From Steroidobacteraceae bacterium (GTDB taxonomy: Bacteria > Pseudomonadota > Gammaproteobacteria > Steroidobacterales > Steroidobacteraceae), in NCBI GenBank assembly GCA_036494165.1, contig DASXOQ010000084.1, positions 40,859 to 104,858 of the forward strand: 64,000 nt of DNA. Direction: 5' to 3'. Position numbers and translations under genes: made by a program. Position 1 is the first letter of the stretch. Every line of letters starts with the position of its first letter. The notes under the pieces are model-generated. The model did no database searches. It had not been told where the DNA came from and saw nothing but the letters and a program-made list of their open reading frames with translations. Positions 8,980 through 17,306 of this stretch are shown here, one piece after another.

Positions 8980-9174
8980 ATGCCACGTCGAAGAGCAACC
9001 ATCGCGGCCGCCGCGGTGTTCGCGATCGGAGCCGCGTTTGCCGCGGATCCGACCTCGCTGCGCGCCGATTGGGGGGAATCTTCCCTGCAGCATCAACTGC
9101 CCTGGAGTCCCGGGGCCGGCAGCCTGATGTCGGCACACGATCCGGCTCAGCAAGTGGCCGAGCCGCCGCGCTAG
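8980..9174 (+). CDS. Small ORF with Tat/Sec-like signal peptide (64 aa); may be the orphaned leader of the downstream phosphodiesterase
   Basis: Strong RBS gAGGAGaagacATG. MPRRRATIAAAAVFAIGAAFAADP is signal-peptide-like. It overlaps the open part of the GDPD reading frame (9069-9174) in another frame. Confidence 0.3.
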   Translation: MPRRRATIAAAAVFAIGAAFAADPTSLRADWGESSLQHQLPWSPGAGSLMSAHDPAQQVAEPPR

Positions 9175-9269
9175 TGCTCGAAACCATGACGGCGGCACAG
9201 GGTCCGGCCACGGAACCTGTGCCGCCTGGTGCGCTACACTCTGGCATCTTTTGCCATGAGAGTTCTTGG

Positions 9270-10247
9270 ATGTCGAAAGTCATTGTGATCGCGCACCGAG
9301 GTGCCAGCGGCGAACGCCCTGAGCACACGCTTGCTTCCTATCAGCTGGCCATCGACCAGGGCGCCGACTACATAGAACCGGATCTGGTCATGACCAAGGA
9401 TGGGGTGCTCATTGCACGGCATGAAAACGAAATCGGCGGCACCACCGACGTCGCCCAGCATCCCGAGTTCGCCTCGAGGCGCCGCGTCCAATTCATCGAT
9501 GGCGAGACCATGGATGGCTGGTTTACCGAGGACTTCACGCTCTCGGAATTGAAAACATTGCGCGCGCGCGAGCGACTCCCCGAGCTGCGGCCGGCGAACC
9601 GCCAGTTCGACGGCCGGTTCACCGTTCCGACATTCGACGAAATCATGCAGCTCATCTTGAGCGCCAACCGCAGCACCGGGCGGCGCATCGGGGTGTACCC
9701 CGAGACCAAACATCCGGCGCATTTCGCCGCCATCGGATTGCCCTTGGAGCTTGCGCTGCTCGATGCCCTGCGCCGCTACGATCACGCGCGCGAGGGCTCG
9801 CCCGTATTCATACAAAGTTTCGATCCCAATAACCTCAAGCAGCTGCGCAAGATGACGCGCCTGCCTTTGGTGCAGCTTCTCGAACATGAGGTCGGGGATT
9901 CGAAGGAGACCGCCACCTACGCCGATGCGATCGGCATCGCCAAGGCATTGGCGACGCCGGAGGCGGTCCGCGCCGCCCACGCGGCCGGCATCAGCGTCCA
10001 CGTCTGGACGTTTCGGGCCGAGAACGAATTCCTACCCGCGCAGTTCAAGCGCGGCAGCGCGCCTGCTGATCACGGCGATCTGGCCGGTGAGATTCGAGCC
10101 TTTCTGGAGCGCGGAATCGACGGTTTCTTCGCCGACTTCCCATCGATCGGCGTCAAGACTCGGGATGCCTATATCTCCGGAGTCCAGGAGCTGCACCAGC
10201 CGGCGACCGCCACGGTTTTGCCGGGAAACACGGTGCAGGGCCGATAA
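9270..10247 (+). CDS. Glycerophosphodiester phosphodiesterase (GlpQ/UgpQ family)
   Basis: VIVIAHRGASGERPEHTLASYQLAIDQGADYIEPDLVMTKDGVLIARHENEIGGTTDV closely parallels E. coli GlpQ. The start is set at the ATG giving MSKVIVIAHRG; the frame is also open back to 9069. The last 79 nt overlap the convergent HiPIP gene. Confidence 0.8.
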   Translation: MSKVIVIAHRGASGERPEHTLASYQLAIDQGADYIEPDLVMTKDGVLIARHENEIGGTTDVAQHPEFASRRRVQFIDGETMDGWFTEDFTLSELKTLRARERLPELRPANRQFDGRFTVPTFDEIMQLILSANRSTGRRIGVYPETKHPAHFAAIGLPLELALLDALRRYDHAREGSPVFIQSFDPNNLKQLRKMTRLPLVQLLEHEVGDSKETATYADAIGIAKALATPEAVRAAHAAGISVHVWTFRAENEFLPAQFKRGSAPADHGDLAGEIRAFLERGIDGFFADFPSIGVKTRDAYISGVQELHQPATATVLPGNTVQGR

Positions 10248-10501
10248 GGCGCGCCGGCCGCGCCCTGAAGCTGCAGGCAGTTTTCACAGGTCTGACCCTT
10301 CGCATAGGCTGGAAATTTCTTGGCGTCGACCTGCGCGGCGGATTCGACGTAGCCGAGCTTCGCCGCCTGAGGATCCTTGGGGTCGAGGTGGGGCGCCTCG
10401 GCGGCTTGCGCGCCCTTCGCGAGCGCGACAACGGCGCCGGCGCCCAGGCCGAGTCGGATGAGCGCCGTGCGGCGCGAAAAGCGTTGCGGTTGCGATTTCA
10501 T
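10169..10501 (-). CDS. High-potential iron-sulfur protein (HiPIP) with Tat signal
   Basis: Tat motif SRRTALIRLGLGAG...AQA. The four cluster cysteines have HiPIP spacing: GQTCENCLQL...PCTVFPGKTVAVAGWCSSW. Start at the ATG giving MKSQPQRF. Confidence 0.85.
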   Translation of the reverse strand: MKSQPQRFSRRTALIRLGLGAGAVVALAKGAQAAEAPHLDPKDPQAAKLGYVESAAQVDAKKFPAYAKGQTCENCLQLQGAAGAPYRPCTVFPGKTVAVAGWCSSWTPEI

Positions 10502-10575
10502 GGGACTGACCTCGTTTCTCGATGACCGACCGTAAGGGCACATTTTGCTATGCTTTTGCGCTTTTGGAAGTCCTT

Positions 10576-10947
10576 ATGCCGTATCAAGTTCCGCTGCAGA
10601 GGCTCGCACAGGTGGCATTCTTCGCCGCGGTCATTTTCACCTTCTACAGCGCGGTCATACCGCCCACCGAGGCCGTGCAGTTGGTGCCCTATGACAAGGC
10701 AGAGCACTTCATGGCGTTCTACGGCCTCACCGGCCTCGCTGCCGCGGGCTTTCCGCGCTTGCACGTGCTCATCATCGGCGCGGCGCTGTCAGGGTTCGGC
10801 GCTTTGATTGAAGTGGTTCAGGGCCTGCCTTTCGTGCACCGGGACGAGGATTTCTGGGATTGGGTCGCCGATACGGCGGCGGTTGCCGCTGCGCTTTCAC
10901 CCATGCTGCTGGTGGGTTGGCGCGGTCTGTTCAAGCCGCGTCAGTAG
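10576..10947 (+). CDS. VanZ-like small membrane protein
   Basis: Four predicted TM helices plus the motif YDKAEHFMAFYGLTGL typical of the VanZ-like family. Start chosen at the ATG giving MPYQVP. Confidence 0.55.
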   Translation: MPYQVPLQRLAQVAFFAAVIFTFYSAVIPPTEAVQLVPYDKAEHFMAFYGLTGLAAAGFPRLHVLIIGAALSGFGALIEVVQGLPFVHRDEDFWDWVADTAAVAAALSPMLLVGWRGLFKPRQ

Positions 10948-12128
10948 AACATCGACACGAAGATCTGATAGACGTTCGCGTCGAAATTGTAGAGAGGCTC
11001 TTCGCCCACCGGGAAGCCGCCGCCGGCCGGGGTGTCGTTGAAGTTCTTGATGTTGCGGAAGTCGCTGTACTTGAACTGCAGGCGGGTGTACTCGCCCGTC
11101 ACGGTGCCGCGCTTGAAGATGTGCAGGCAGCCGGTGGGGCAGAACGCCCAGGTGCCCTTCAGGTCCAGCTGGTTGTTGATCGATGCGGCGAGATTCTTGT
11201 CGCGTCCCTCGAAGTTGAACTCATCGGGCTGCGTGAACAGGTCGCTGTAGAAGGTCGCGGCCGTCTGGTTGTAGTGACGCAGGCGCGCTTCGATGATGAA
11301 CCTGTTCGAGAACGGCTGGGTGTAGCCGAGCTCTTCGGTGTTGGCACGGATGCCCCAAGTGTCGTTGAAATAGCGATACGACAGCGCCACTGCAGCGCGG
11401 TAGGGGAGGTAGTACTTGCCGCGCACCTCCACTGCGGTGCTGGTGTGGGTGTTGGGATAAATCTGCGATGCGAGGCTGTATCCCAAGGCGGCGGTGGGAT
11501 CGATGTAGCGCACCGAGCGATAGGGATTGCTCAGAAGACCCTGGTCGGTGATCACTTCGAGCGTTGCGCCGGTGATGAAATTCTTGGTGATGATCTGCGA
11601 GACGCCGGCTTCGTAGCTGCGGCTCTCGGCGTGCCCCAGCCAGCTGACCTTCGGGTCGTTGGCCGTGCCGTTGTTCTCGCCGACCTTGTCGCGGCTGTCG
11701 GAGAAGCCCAGCGACACGGTGGTCAGATCGCCGAACATGTCCTGACTCAGGGAGAAGTGCACGGTGTTGGAGGTGTAGTCGCGCTCCGAACTCTGCGTGT
11801 AGGCAAGATTGTAGGTGGTCTTGTCGTGGATGAATTCCAGCGACAGGCTTTTCTGCTTGCGCTCGTCCTTGATGACGCTGGCGTTGGACAGCACGTCCAC
11901 CGAGGCGCCGCTCACCTTGTCGATGAAGTAGTTGCCTTCGACGGCGAAGTTCTCGCCGAACTTCTTGCGCACCAGCACCGACTCGCCGGTGATGTCCATG
12001 CCGCCGCCCTTGTAGCTGCTGTAGAAAATGTCGGCGCGATCGTCCGGCAGCACTGCGCTGCCGACGTTCATCGAGACGAGCACGCCCCAGGCGGCAGCGA
12101 GGCATAACAGTGGTGCGCGCAAATTCAT
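10941..12128 (-). CDS. DUF3570 family predicted outer-membrane beta-barrel protein
   Basis: Signal peptide, alternating beta-strand pattern and aromatic C-terminus (...FVSMFY). The N-terminal block DIFYSSYKGGGMDITGESVLVRKKF... is typical of DUF3570. It follows DUF4266 and TlpA genes, the usual DUF3570 neighbourhood. Confidence 0.7.
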   Translation of the reverse strand: MNLRAPLLCLAAAWGVLVSMNVGSAVLPDDRADIFYSSYKGGGMDITGESVLVRKKFGENFAVEGNYFIDKVSGASVDVLSNASVIKDERKQKSLSLEFIHDKTTYNLAYTQSSERDYTSNTVHFSLSQDMFGDLTTVSLGFSDSRDKVGENNGTANDPKVSWLGHAESRSYEAGVSQIITKNFITGATLEVITDQGLLSNPYRSVRYIDPTAALGYSLASQIYPNTHTSTAVEVRGKYYLPYRAAVALSYRYFNDTWGIRANTEELGYTQPFSNRFIIEARLRHYNQTAATFYSDLFTQPDEFNFEGRDKNLAASINNQLDLKGTWAFCPTGCLHIFKRGTVTGEYTRLQFKYSDFRNIKNFNDTPAGGGFPVGEEPLYNFDANVYQIFVSMFY

Positions 12129-12161
12129 GCAGGGATCAACTCTCGCGATGGCGCAGTTGCA

Positions 12162-12386
12162 TCAATTGCAACCGCAGCCGCCGCCCGCCGTGCCGGTAGC
12201 GCCGCGCGAACCTTCGCGGGACTCGCGGATGTGATCAAGGTAGGCGCTCGAGATCGCGTCCCGATCCCAGGCCATGATGGGGTCGGCCAGGCGGTCGCGT
12301 TCATACGGCTTGACCCAGGGGTTGATGCTGCAACCCTGCAGCATCAACCCTGCGCAAAAGAGAAAAATTGCCGGCATGGCTTTCAT
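12162..12386 (-). CDS. DUF4266 lipoprotein ending in GGGCGCN
   Basis: Lipobox LMLQGC, the conserved PWVKPYERDRLADPIMAWDRD block, and a C-terminal TGTAGGGCGCN tail typical of DUF4266 (recalled from memory). Confidence 0.7.
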   Translation of the reverse strand: MKAMPAIFLFCAGLMLQGCSINPWVKPYERDRLADPIMAWDRDAISSAYLDHIRESREGSRGATGTAGGGCGCN

Positions 12387-12390
12387 GGGA

Positions 12391-12897
12391 TTACTCGCGA
12401 ATCAATTGGCGAATTCGATCCTGGTACTCGTTTTCGTCGCCGGGCTTGTAGCCGCGGTGGATGTAGCGGATCTGGCCTTTCTTGTCGACGATCACCGTGC
12501 TCGGCATTTCATCCACGTGGTAGGCCTTGCTCACCTGGTTCGCCGGATCCAGCAGCACCGGGAAGCTGACGGGCTTGCGGGCCAGCAGCTCCTTCACGGG
12601 CGGCGCCTCCTTGTCGACGTTGATGCCGATCAAGGTGAAACCGGCCGGTTTGTACTTCTTGTACATCTGGTCGAGCAGCGGCATTTCCTGCTGGCACGGA
12701 CCGCACCAGGTGGCCCAGAAATTGACCATCACCACATTGCCCTTGTACTGGCTCAGGGCGCCGGGGTGGCCGGACAGGTCGGTGAGCGAGAAGGAGGGCG
12801 CAGGACCGCCGCTGTCGGCAGCGAAGGCGCCCGCCGAGGCGATGACGATGGCCGCCATCGCGCAGCGCTTCCAGATGTTCAGTTTCGAAAATTGCAT
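12391..12897 (-). CDS. TlpA-family periplasmic thiol:disulfide oxidoreductase
   Basis: Signal peptide, active site FWATWCGPC and thioredoxin fold. Strong GGAG RBS. Lies 4 nt upstream of the DUF4266 gene. Confidence 0.9.
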   Translation of the reverse strand: MQFSKLNIWKRCAMAAIVIASAGAFAADSGGPAPSFSLTDLSGHPGALSQYKGNVVMVNFWATWCGPCQQEMPLLDQMYKKYKPAGFTLIGINVDKEAPPVKELLARKPVSFPVLLDPANQVSKAYHVDEMPSTVIVDKKGQIRYIHRGYKPGDENEYQDRIRQLIRE

Positions 12898-12907
12898 AAG
12901 TGTCTCC

Positions 12908-13579
12908 TCAGAAGAATACCGACAAGCCCATGGTGGCTTCGATGTTGTGCACGTTCTTGGTCCGGCCGGTCAGATCGGTCTCGAACACGTGATCGCGCAC
13001 GTCCAAGTGCATTGCCAGCCAGTCCGTTATCAACAGCCGGTCACCCACTCCGAAGTTCAGAGCGAACTGATCCTTGTCGGCGAATTTCACATCGCCCATG
13101 CCGAAGGTCGCGTACAAGGCGTTGTTGAACGCGCGTCCCCGCCCGAGAAAGATCTCGCCGGGAAGCACGTTGTAGCCCAGGTCGATGTCGTAATACGTGA
13201 AATACCTCCCAGACTCGCTCACCACCGTGATGTTGGGAAATACGTCCTCCAGGCTGGTGGTGCCCGCCTTGGAGCGGCCCACGAAACCCTCCAGGAAGAT
13301 GTCCTCGGTGACGTGGTACGCCGCGCGCACACCGTAGAGTGGATTGGTGCCGAAATCCTGGATGCTCAGTGCGCCGAAGTAGCCGCCCACCTCGAAGTCC
13401 TTCGCCTTGATATGCGGCGTCTTCACCTTGCGGCGCGGCACCTGCGGTTCGACGATGGTCGGCTCCGCCTCGGTTTCCTCTGCGACGACCGGTTGCGGTC
13501 CCTTGTGACCGCGGTGAAACCAGCTGCAGCCGGACAACAAGATCGCGGCTAAAAGAACACAGCCAAGTCTACTTTCCAT
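12908..13579 (-). CDS. Outer-membrane beta-barrel lipoprotein
   Basis: The ATG at 13579 gives MESRLGCVLLAAILLSGC (lipobox). Alternating beta-strands; C-terminal ...MGLSVFF. The first 31 nt overlap the upstream gene. Confidence 0.65.
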   Translation of the reverse strand: MESRLGCVLLAAILLSGCSWFHRGHKGPQPVVAEETEAEPTIVEPQVPRRKVKTPHIKAKDFEVGGYFGALSIQDFGTNPLYGVRAAYHVTEDIFLEGFVGRSKAGTTSLEDVFPNITVVSESGRYFTYYDIDLGYNVLPGEIFLGRGRAFNNALYATFGMGDVKFADKDQFALNFGVGDRLLITDWLAMHLDVRDHVFETDLTGRTKNVHNIEATMGLSVFF

Positions 13580-14283
13580 TCGTCCGGTTCCTGGTTCTGG
13601 TTTTGGTTGGTGAAAATCACGTACTTGCGCCAATCGGCGCGCCACATGAAGCGGCGGGTGATGAAGCCACGGCCGCCGAGCGAGATATACGCCATTTGAT
13701 TGCTGTCCTGCTGCGGCGCCGGCGGTGCCTTGTCCTTGATGTACTGCCAGCCGAAGCCGATCCCGGCGGTCGGCGAGATCCATTTCCACTCCGGGATGAA
13801 GGTGTGACGCATGCCGATGGTCGTCATGTAGCGGTTGTCGATGGTGCCGAAGGCCTGCTGCACGACGAATTCCACATCGAGGCTGGTGGTGAGACCGAAA
13901 TCGCCATATGCCGTCACCAAGTTCTCGTGGTTGAACACGCCATAGCCTGCGCCCACCTCCCAGCGGTGCGTGGCGAACTCAGGGTAAGGCGGAATCGGCG
14001 CCGGCTCGCCCGAGGCCAGCAAGGTTCGCGCCAGATCGTCGCGCCGCACCCATCCTTCTTGTCCATGCGGTGCCCGCACCCGATACCAATCGGTGCGGCT
14101 GTAGAGCACTGTGACCACTTCGTCGCGTTCGGCCACATAGACCACCGGAAACCCGCGGCCCGGACCCGAATGCATTTCCAGGAACGGCTGCGCGACCACC
14201 AGCTCGAGCGGCGGGCGCCTTGCGTGTGCGGTTCCAAGATGTAACGCCTGCAGCAACAGCAGTAGCGCGAGCAGACGTCGCAT
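13549..14283 (-). CDS. Secreted SH3-domain + outer-membrane beta-barrel protein
   Basis: Signal peptide MRRLLALLLLLQALHLGTAHA. Bacterial SH3-like block (VVTVLYSRTDWYRVRAPHGQEGWVRRDDL), then a barrel-like C-terminal half ending ...VDLAVFF. Confidence 0.6.
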   Translation of the reverse strand: MRRLLALLLLLQALHLGTAHARRPPLELVVAQPFLEMHSGPGRGFPVVYVAERDEVVTVLYSRTDWYRVRAPHGQEGWVRRDDLARTLLASGEPAPIPPYPEFATHRWEVGAGYGVFNHENLVTAYGDFGLTTSLDVEFVVQQAFGTIDNRYMTTIGMRHTFIPEWKWISPTAGIGFGWQYIKDKAPPAPQQDSNQMAYISLGGRGFITRRFMWRADWRKYVIFTNQNQNQEPDEWKVDLAVFF

Positions 14284-14287
14284 TAGT

Positions 14288-16963
14288 TCAGTTCGCCACC
14301 GGTGCAACGAATGGATCGTTGTAGAACTGGGCGCCTATATCCAGCCACTCTGAGATCAACCGCAATTCCCCTGGCGTCAAGTAACCGGTGTGGTCCACCG
14401 TCGCTCCGTGGTCGGTACCGTCGAACTTCGACAGGAAGCTCGTCTGTGAGGCGAGGGCGCTGCCGGCCGCCATCGGCGGGTTCAAGACCACCGGTCCCGG
14501 CACGTCCTGCAAGATGCCCATATTAAGCGCCTGCTCATTATGTTGAAACAGCAGGATCTCATAGGATTGCAACACCGTGGGATCGATATTGCTGCTGATC
14601 GAGGTGAGGTCGAGCTGGCCGGCCGGCACCTGCACCACGTTGTTGGCGGTCGGGGCATGGCAGTTGGTGCAGGTCACGTTGGTCGCAACACCGTTCACCA
14701 TGGCGGTTCGCGAGGCCAGACTCCACATCGACTGCAGGAACGGCAGGCTCATGGAGGCCGCATTGGCGTAATGGATGGTGATGCGACATTGCGCGCTCCA
14801 CGGCACGCAGTTGGCGTTGGTGGGCGGGGACTCGTTGAGCCCGCCGACCCCGGAATAGGTCAGCGAAATGGCCGCATCGGTGTCGCCGGCCGGCAGGGTC
14901 ACGCCCTGCGTCCAGAGGGCGGTGTACAGCACGTCGGAAGTCATGAGCTGCGAGCAGGTCGTGCCGCTGCCCTTTGCGCAGCTGATGCGCGCAAGGGTCT
15001 GCGCCATGGTCTCGCCCTGGTTGGCAAACAGCGATGCGCTGGTGTTGGGGAAGGGCAGTCCGGTGGTGGGCGCCCCCGCATTCACCGCCACGGTGAGCCC
15101 CGCGCGGCCATGGGAGGTGCCGGTGGCCGTGGAGTGGCAGCCGTTACATTGCTTGATCTCGCCAGGGATCAGCTGCAGCCAGCTGGTATGCCGCGATCCG
15201 ATGCGGCGTGCGTTCTTGTCGAGCACGTCGATGGTGAAAGGCACGTTGGCCGGCACCTGGATCTGCACCGAACCGTCCGGCTGCACGGGGGCGTAGCCCA
15301 AGATCTCGCGCATCCCCATGCCGGCCGGGCCGAAGGCTGAGTTGTTGATCTTGCGCACCGTCTTGTCGGGTATCTCCACGGCCTTTTCGATGCGCACGAA
15401 GCGGGCGCTCCGGGAATAGAAGGACGCCTGGCTGGGATCGGCGGTGGCGGCGATGCTCGGTTTGGCCGTGTCGGTGCCGTCGAAGTCGTAGACGCTCGAG
15501 ATGTCGAGGAGCCCGACCCCGGCGTTGATCATGTTCGCTTGATCGGTGGTGGGGGTGGTCACGGCCGGAAACGAGGGCACCGGCAGGCGCGCCTGCATCA
15601 CCACCGGCTCGACCACCATCATGCCCTGCTCGGCGCCCAGCACCGGGCCCAGGGTGCCGGCGCTGAAGTCATAAATCCAAAGCGTGTACTGCGGCGGTGC
15701 CAGCTGCACATTGGTGCCGGCGGTATTGGTGCTGTTGCAGATCTCGGTCGCCCCCGAAACCATCACCATGCAAGGCGACCAGCTCACCAGCATGCGGTTG
15801 GTGCCGTCGTACAGCGGGTAGGCTGAGTAGAAGCGGCCGCCGAGGGAAGGCATGCTCGCATCGGTGGTCACCCCGAGGTCGGTGGCCTGAACCTGCCCGG
15901 TGACCGCCGGGTTCACGGCGGCCGGGGAGGTCGAGGAACTCGCTTGGTGGATGTCGACATAGTTGGCGGTGTCGAGCAAAAGGATGTCGCCGCCGAGCTG
16001 GGTGTTTTGCAGCGGCCGGTCGATGACGACGAGCTTGCCGTCGGCGCGCTCGCGCGCGTTCAAGAATTGGATGACGTTGTTGCTGGTGCCGGCGATGTTC
16101 GCGCCGGTGGCATGGCTGTTGGCGCCGTAAAGAAGCTGCAACCCGGTTCCGTCGACATTGGCGGTGTAAAGGCTGATCTGGTCGCCGTTGGTGACTTCCC
16201 AGCGGCTGAACACGATGTGGCCATCCGCCAGAAGCGAGGGTGCGAAGTCGTGGTTGGTGTTGAAGCTGATCTGACGCATGTTGGTGCCGTCGGCATTCAT
16301 CACGTGCAAGAGAAAGATGAACTGCTGGCGGTCATCGGTCACCGCCTGGTACTGCGGACGTCCTTCATCGAGCAGGATCGACTTGGTTGCGAGCTGTCGG
16401 GTGGAGGCGAACACGATCTTGCCGTCCGCGAGGTAGTGCGGCGAAATGTCGTGTCCCGAGGTGATGTTGTCGAAGGTCAGCTGGGTGACCACCTTCGCCC
16501 CGGCATCGTACTGGTAGATCTTCCAGTTCGGCTGCTTCGGATCGGTGTTCTTCAGATTGGGGTTGAGCGGCATGCGCAGCGAGAAGATCAGTTTCTTGCC
16601 GTCCGGTGAGACGTCGAGGTCCCGGACATCGCCCTGGCCGGTGGTTATGGCGCCGGTGACATTGGTTTCCAGTCCGCCGGCGCTCGCCTGCGCGCGCACA
16701 TACAGGTCGCCGCCGGTGATCGAGGTGATCAGATCGCGAACGTCGATGTCGTTTTTAGGCACGGGCTTCTTGATGTACGCCAGCGGATAGTTGGTAACCC
16801 CCGGCGTCAGCGACTCGCCACCGGCGAGGCCCGGCGCATGTCCGGTCGGGGCGGAGTTGCAGCCGAACAGAATCGCCCCGGCGGCGAGCAGGGCGAGCGC
16901 TCGCAATCCGTGACGCATGTCACGTCTCAATCCGGTCGTAGTTTTTTGCATCGTGCTACCCAT
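14288..16963 (-). CDS. Beta-propeller (PD40/TolB-like) lipoprotein with two CxxCH haem-binding motifs
   Basis: Lipobox ILFGC. PD40-like repeats (DVSPDGKKLIFS, SPHYLADGKIVFAS, APSLLADGHIVFSRWE). C-terminal CxxCH motifs in IKQCNGCHS and VTCTNCHAP. The start could be 16963 or 16951. Confidence 0.75.
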   Translation of the reverse strand: MGSTMQKTTTGLRRDMRHGLRALALLAAGAILFGCNSAPTGHAPGLAGGESLTPGVTNYPLAYIKKPVPKNDIDVRDLITSITGGDLYVRAQASAGGLETNVTGAITTGQGDVRDLDVSPDGKKLIFSLRMPLNPNLKNTDPKQPNWKIYQYDAGAKVVTQLTFDNITSGHDISPHYLADGKIVFASTRQLATKSILLDEGRPQYQAVTDDRQQFIFLLHVMNADGTNMRQISFNTNHDFAPSLLADGHIVFSRWEVTNGDQISLYTANVDGTGLQLLYGANSHATGANIAGTSNNVIQFLNARERADGKLVVIDRPLQNTQLGGDILLLDTANYVDIHQASSSTSPAAVNPAVTGQVQATDLGVTTDASMPSLGGRFYSAYPLYDGTNRMLVSWSPCMVMVSGATEICNSTNTAGTNVQLAPPQYTLWIYDFSAGTLGPVLGAEQGMMVVEPVVMQARLPVPSFPAVTTPTTDQANMINAGVGLLDISSVYDFDGTDTAKPSIAATADPSQASFYSRSARFVRIEKAVEIPDKTVRKINNSAFGPAGMGMREILGYAPVQPDGSVQIQVPANVPFTIDVLDKNARRIGSRHTSWLQLIPGEIKQCNGCHSTATGTSHGRAGLTVAVNAGAPTTGLPFPNTSASLFANQGETMAQTLARISCAKGSGTTCSQLMTSDVLYTALWTQGVTLPAGDTDAAISLTYSGVGGLNESPPTNANCVPWSAQCRITIHYANAASMSLPFLQSMWSLASRTAMVNGVATNVTCTNCHAPTANNVVQVPAGQLDLTSISSNIDPTVLQSYEILLFQHNEQALNMGILQDVPGPVVLNPPMAAGSALASQTSFLSKFDGTDHGATVDHTGYLTPGELRLISEWLDIGAQFYNDPFVAPVAN

Positions 16964-17306
16964 TATTCGGTTACGCGGCGAAGTTCACAGTTCGCACGTC
17001 GGACAGAAGCGCCCCGATGCCATCCTACTGAACTTAATGGTCCCATAATCGCATCATCGTTCGGGGATGCAGAGCATTCTGTTAACGCACTCACAGAAGA
17101 ACTTCGCTGCATACGATTCTCTGTGCATTCAGTAGACGCGGTGTGCGAACTGCGTTGCAGGATACGAGTGCAAAACGGGCTTTCGGTACTGTCGCGAATC
17201 GCCGACGTCGTGCCCCAGAGACATTCCTGCACGGGTTTTTACCCACGTATATTCGCGCCACGTCGAAACCGCAACACAGATACGGAACGTGAACATGGAG
17301 CATGGG

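Noticed and set aside
10860-12107. 415-aa plus-strand ORF
   Set aside because: Antisense to the DUF3570 barrel gene. Val/Ala/Gly/Arg-rich composition typical of GC-driven shadow ORFs, with no motifs.
12527-13552. 341-aa plus-strand ORF spanning the TlpA and barrel genes
   Set aside because: It runs antisense across two strongly supported minus-strand genes and the gap between them. No motifs.
12908-14283. Idea that the two OM barrel genes are GltA/GltB equivalents of the riboswitch-controlled Glt-like operon
   Set aside because: This rests only on size, on their being OM barrels, and on proximity. They belong to a different operon on the opposite strand, and I cannot see sequence similarity by eye.
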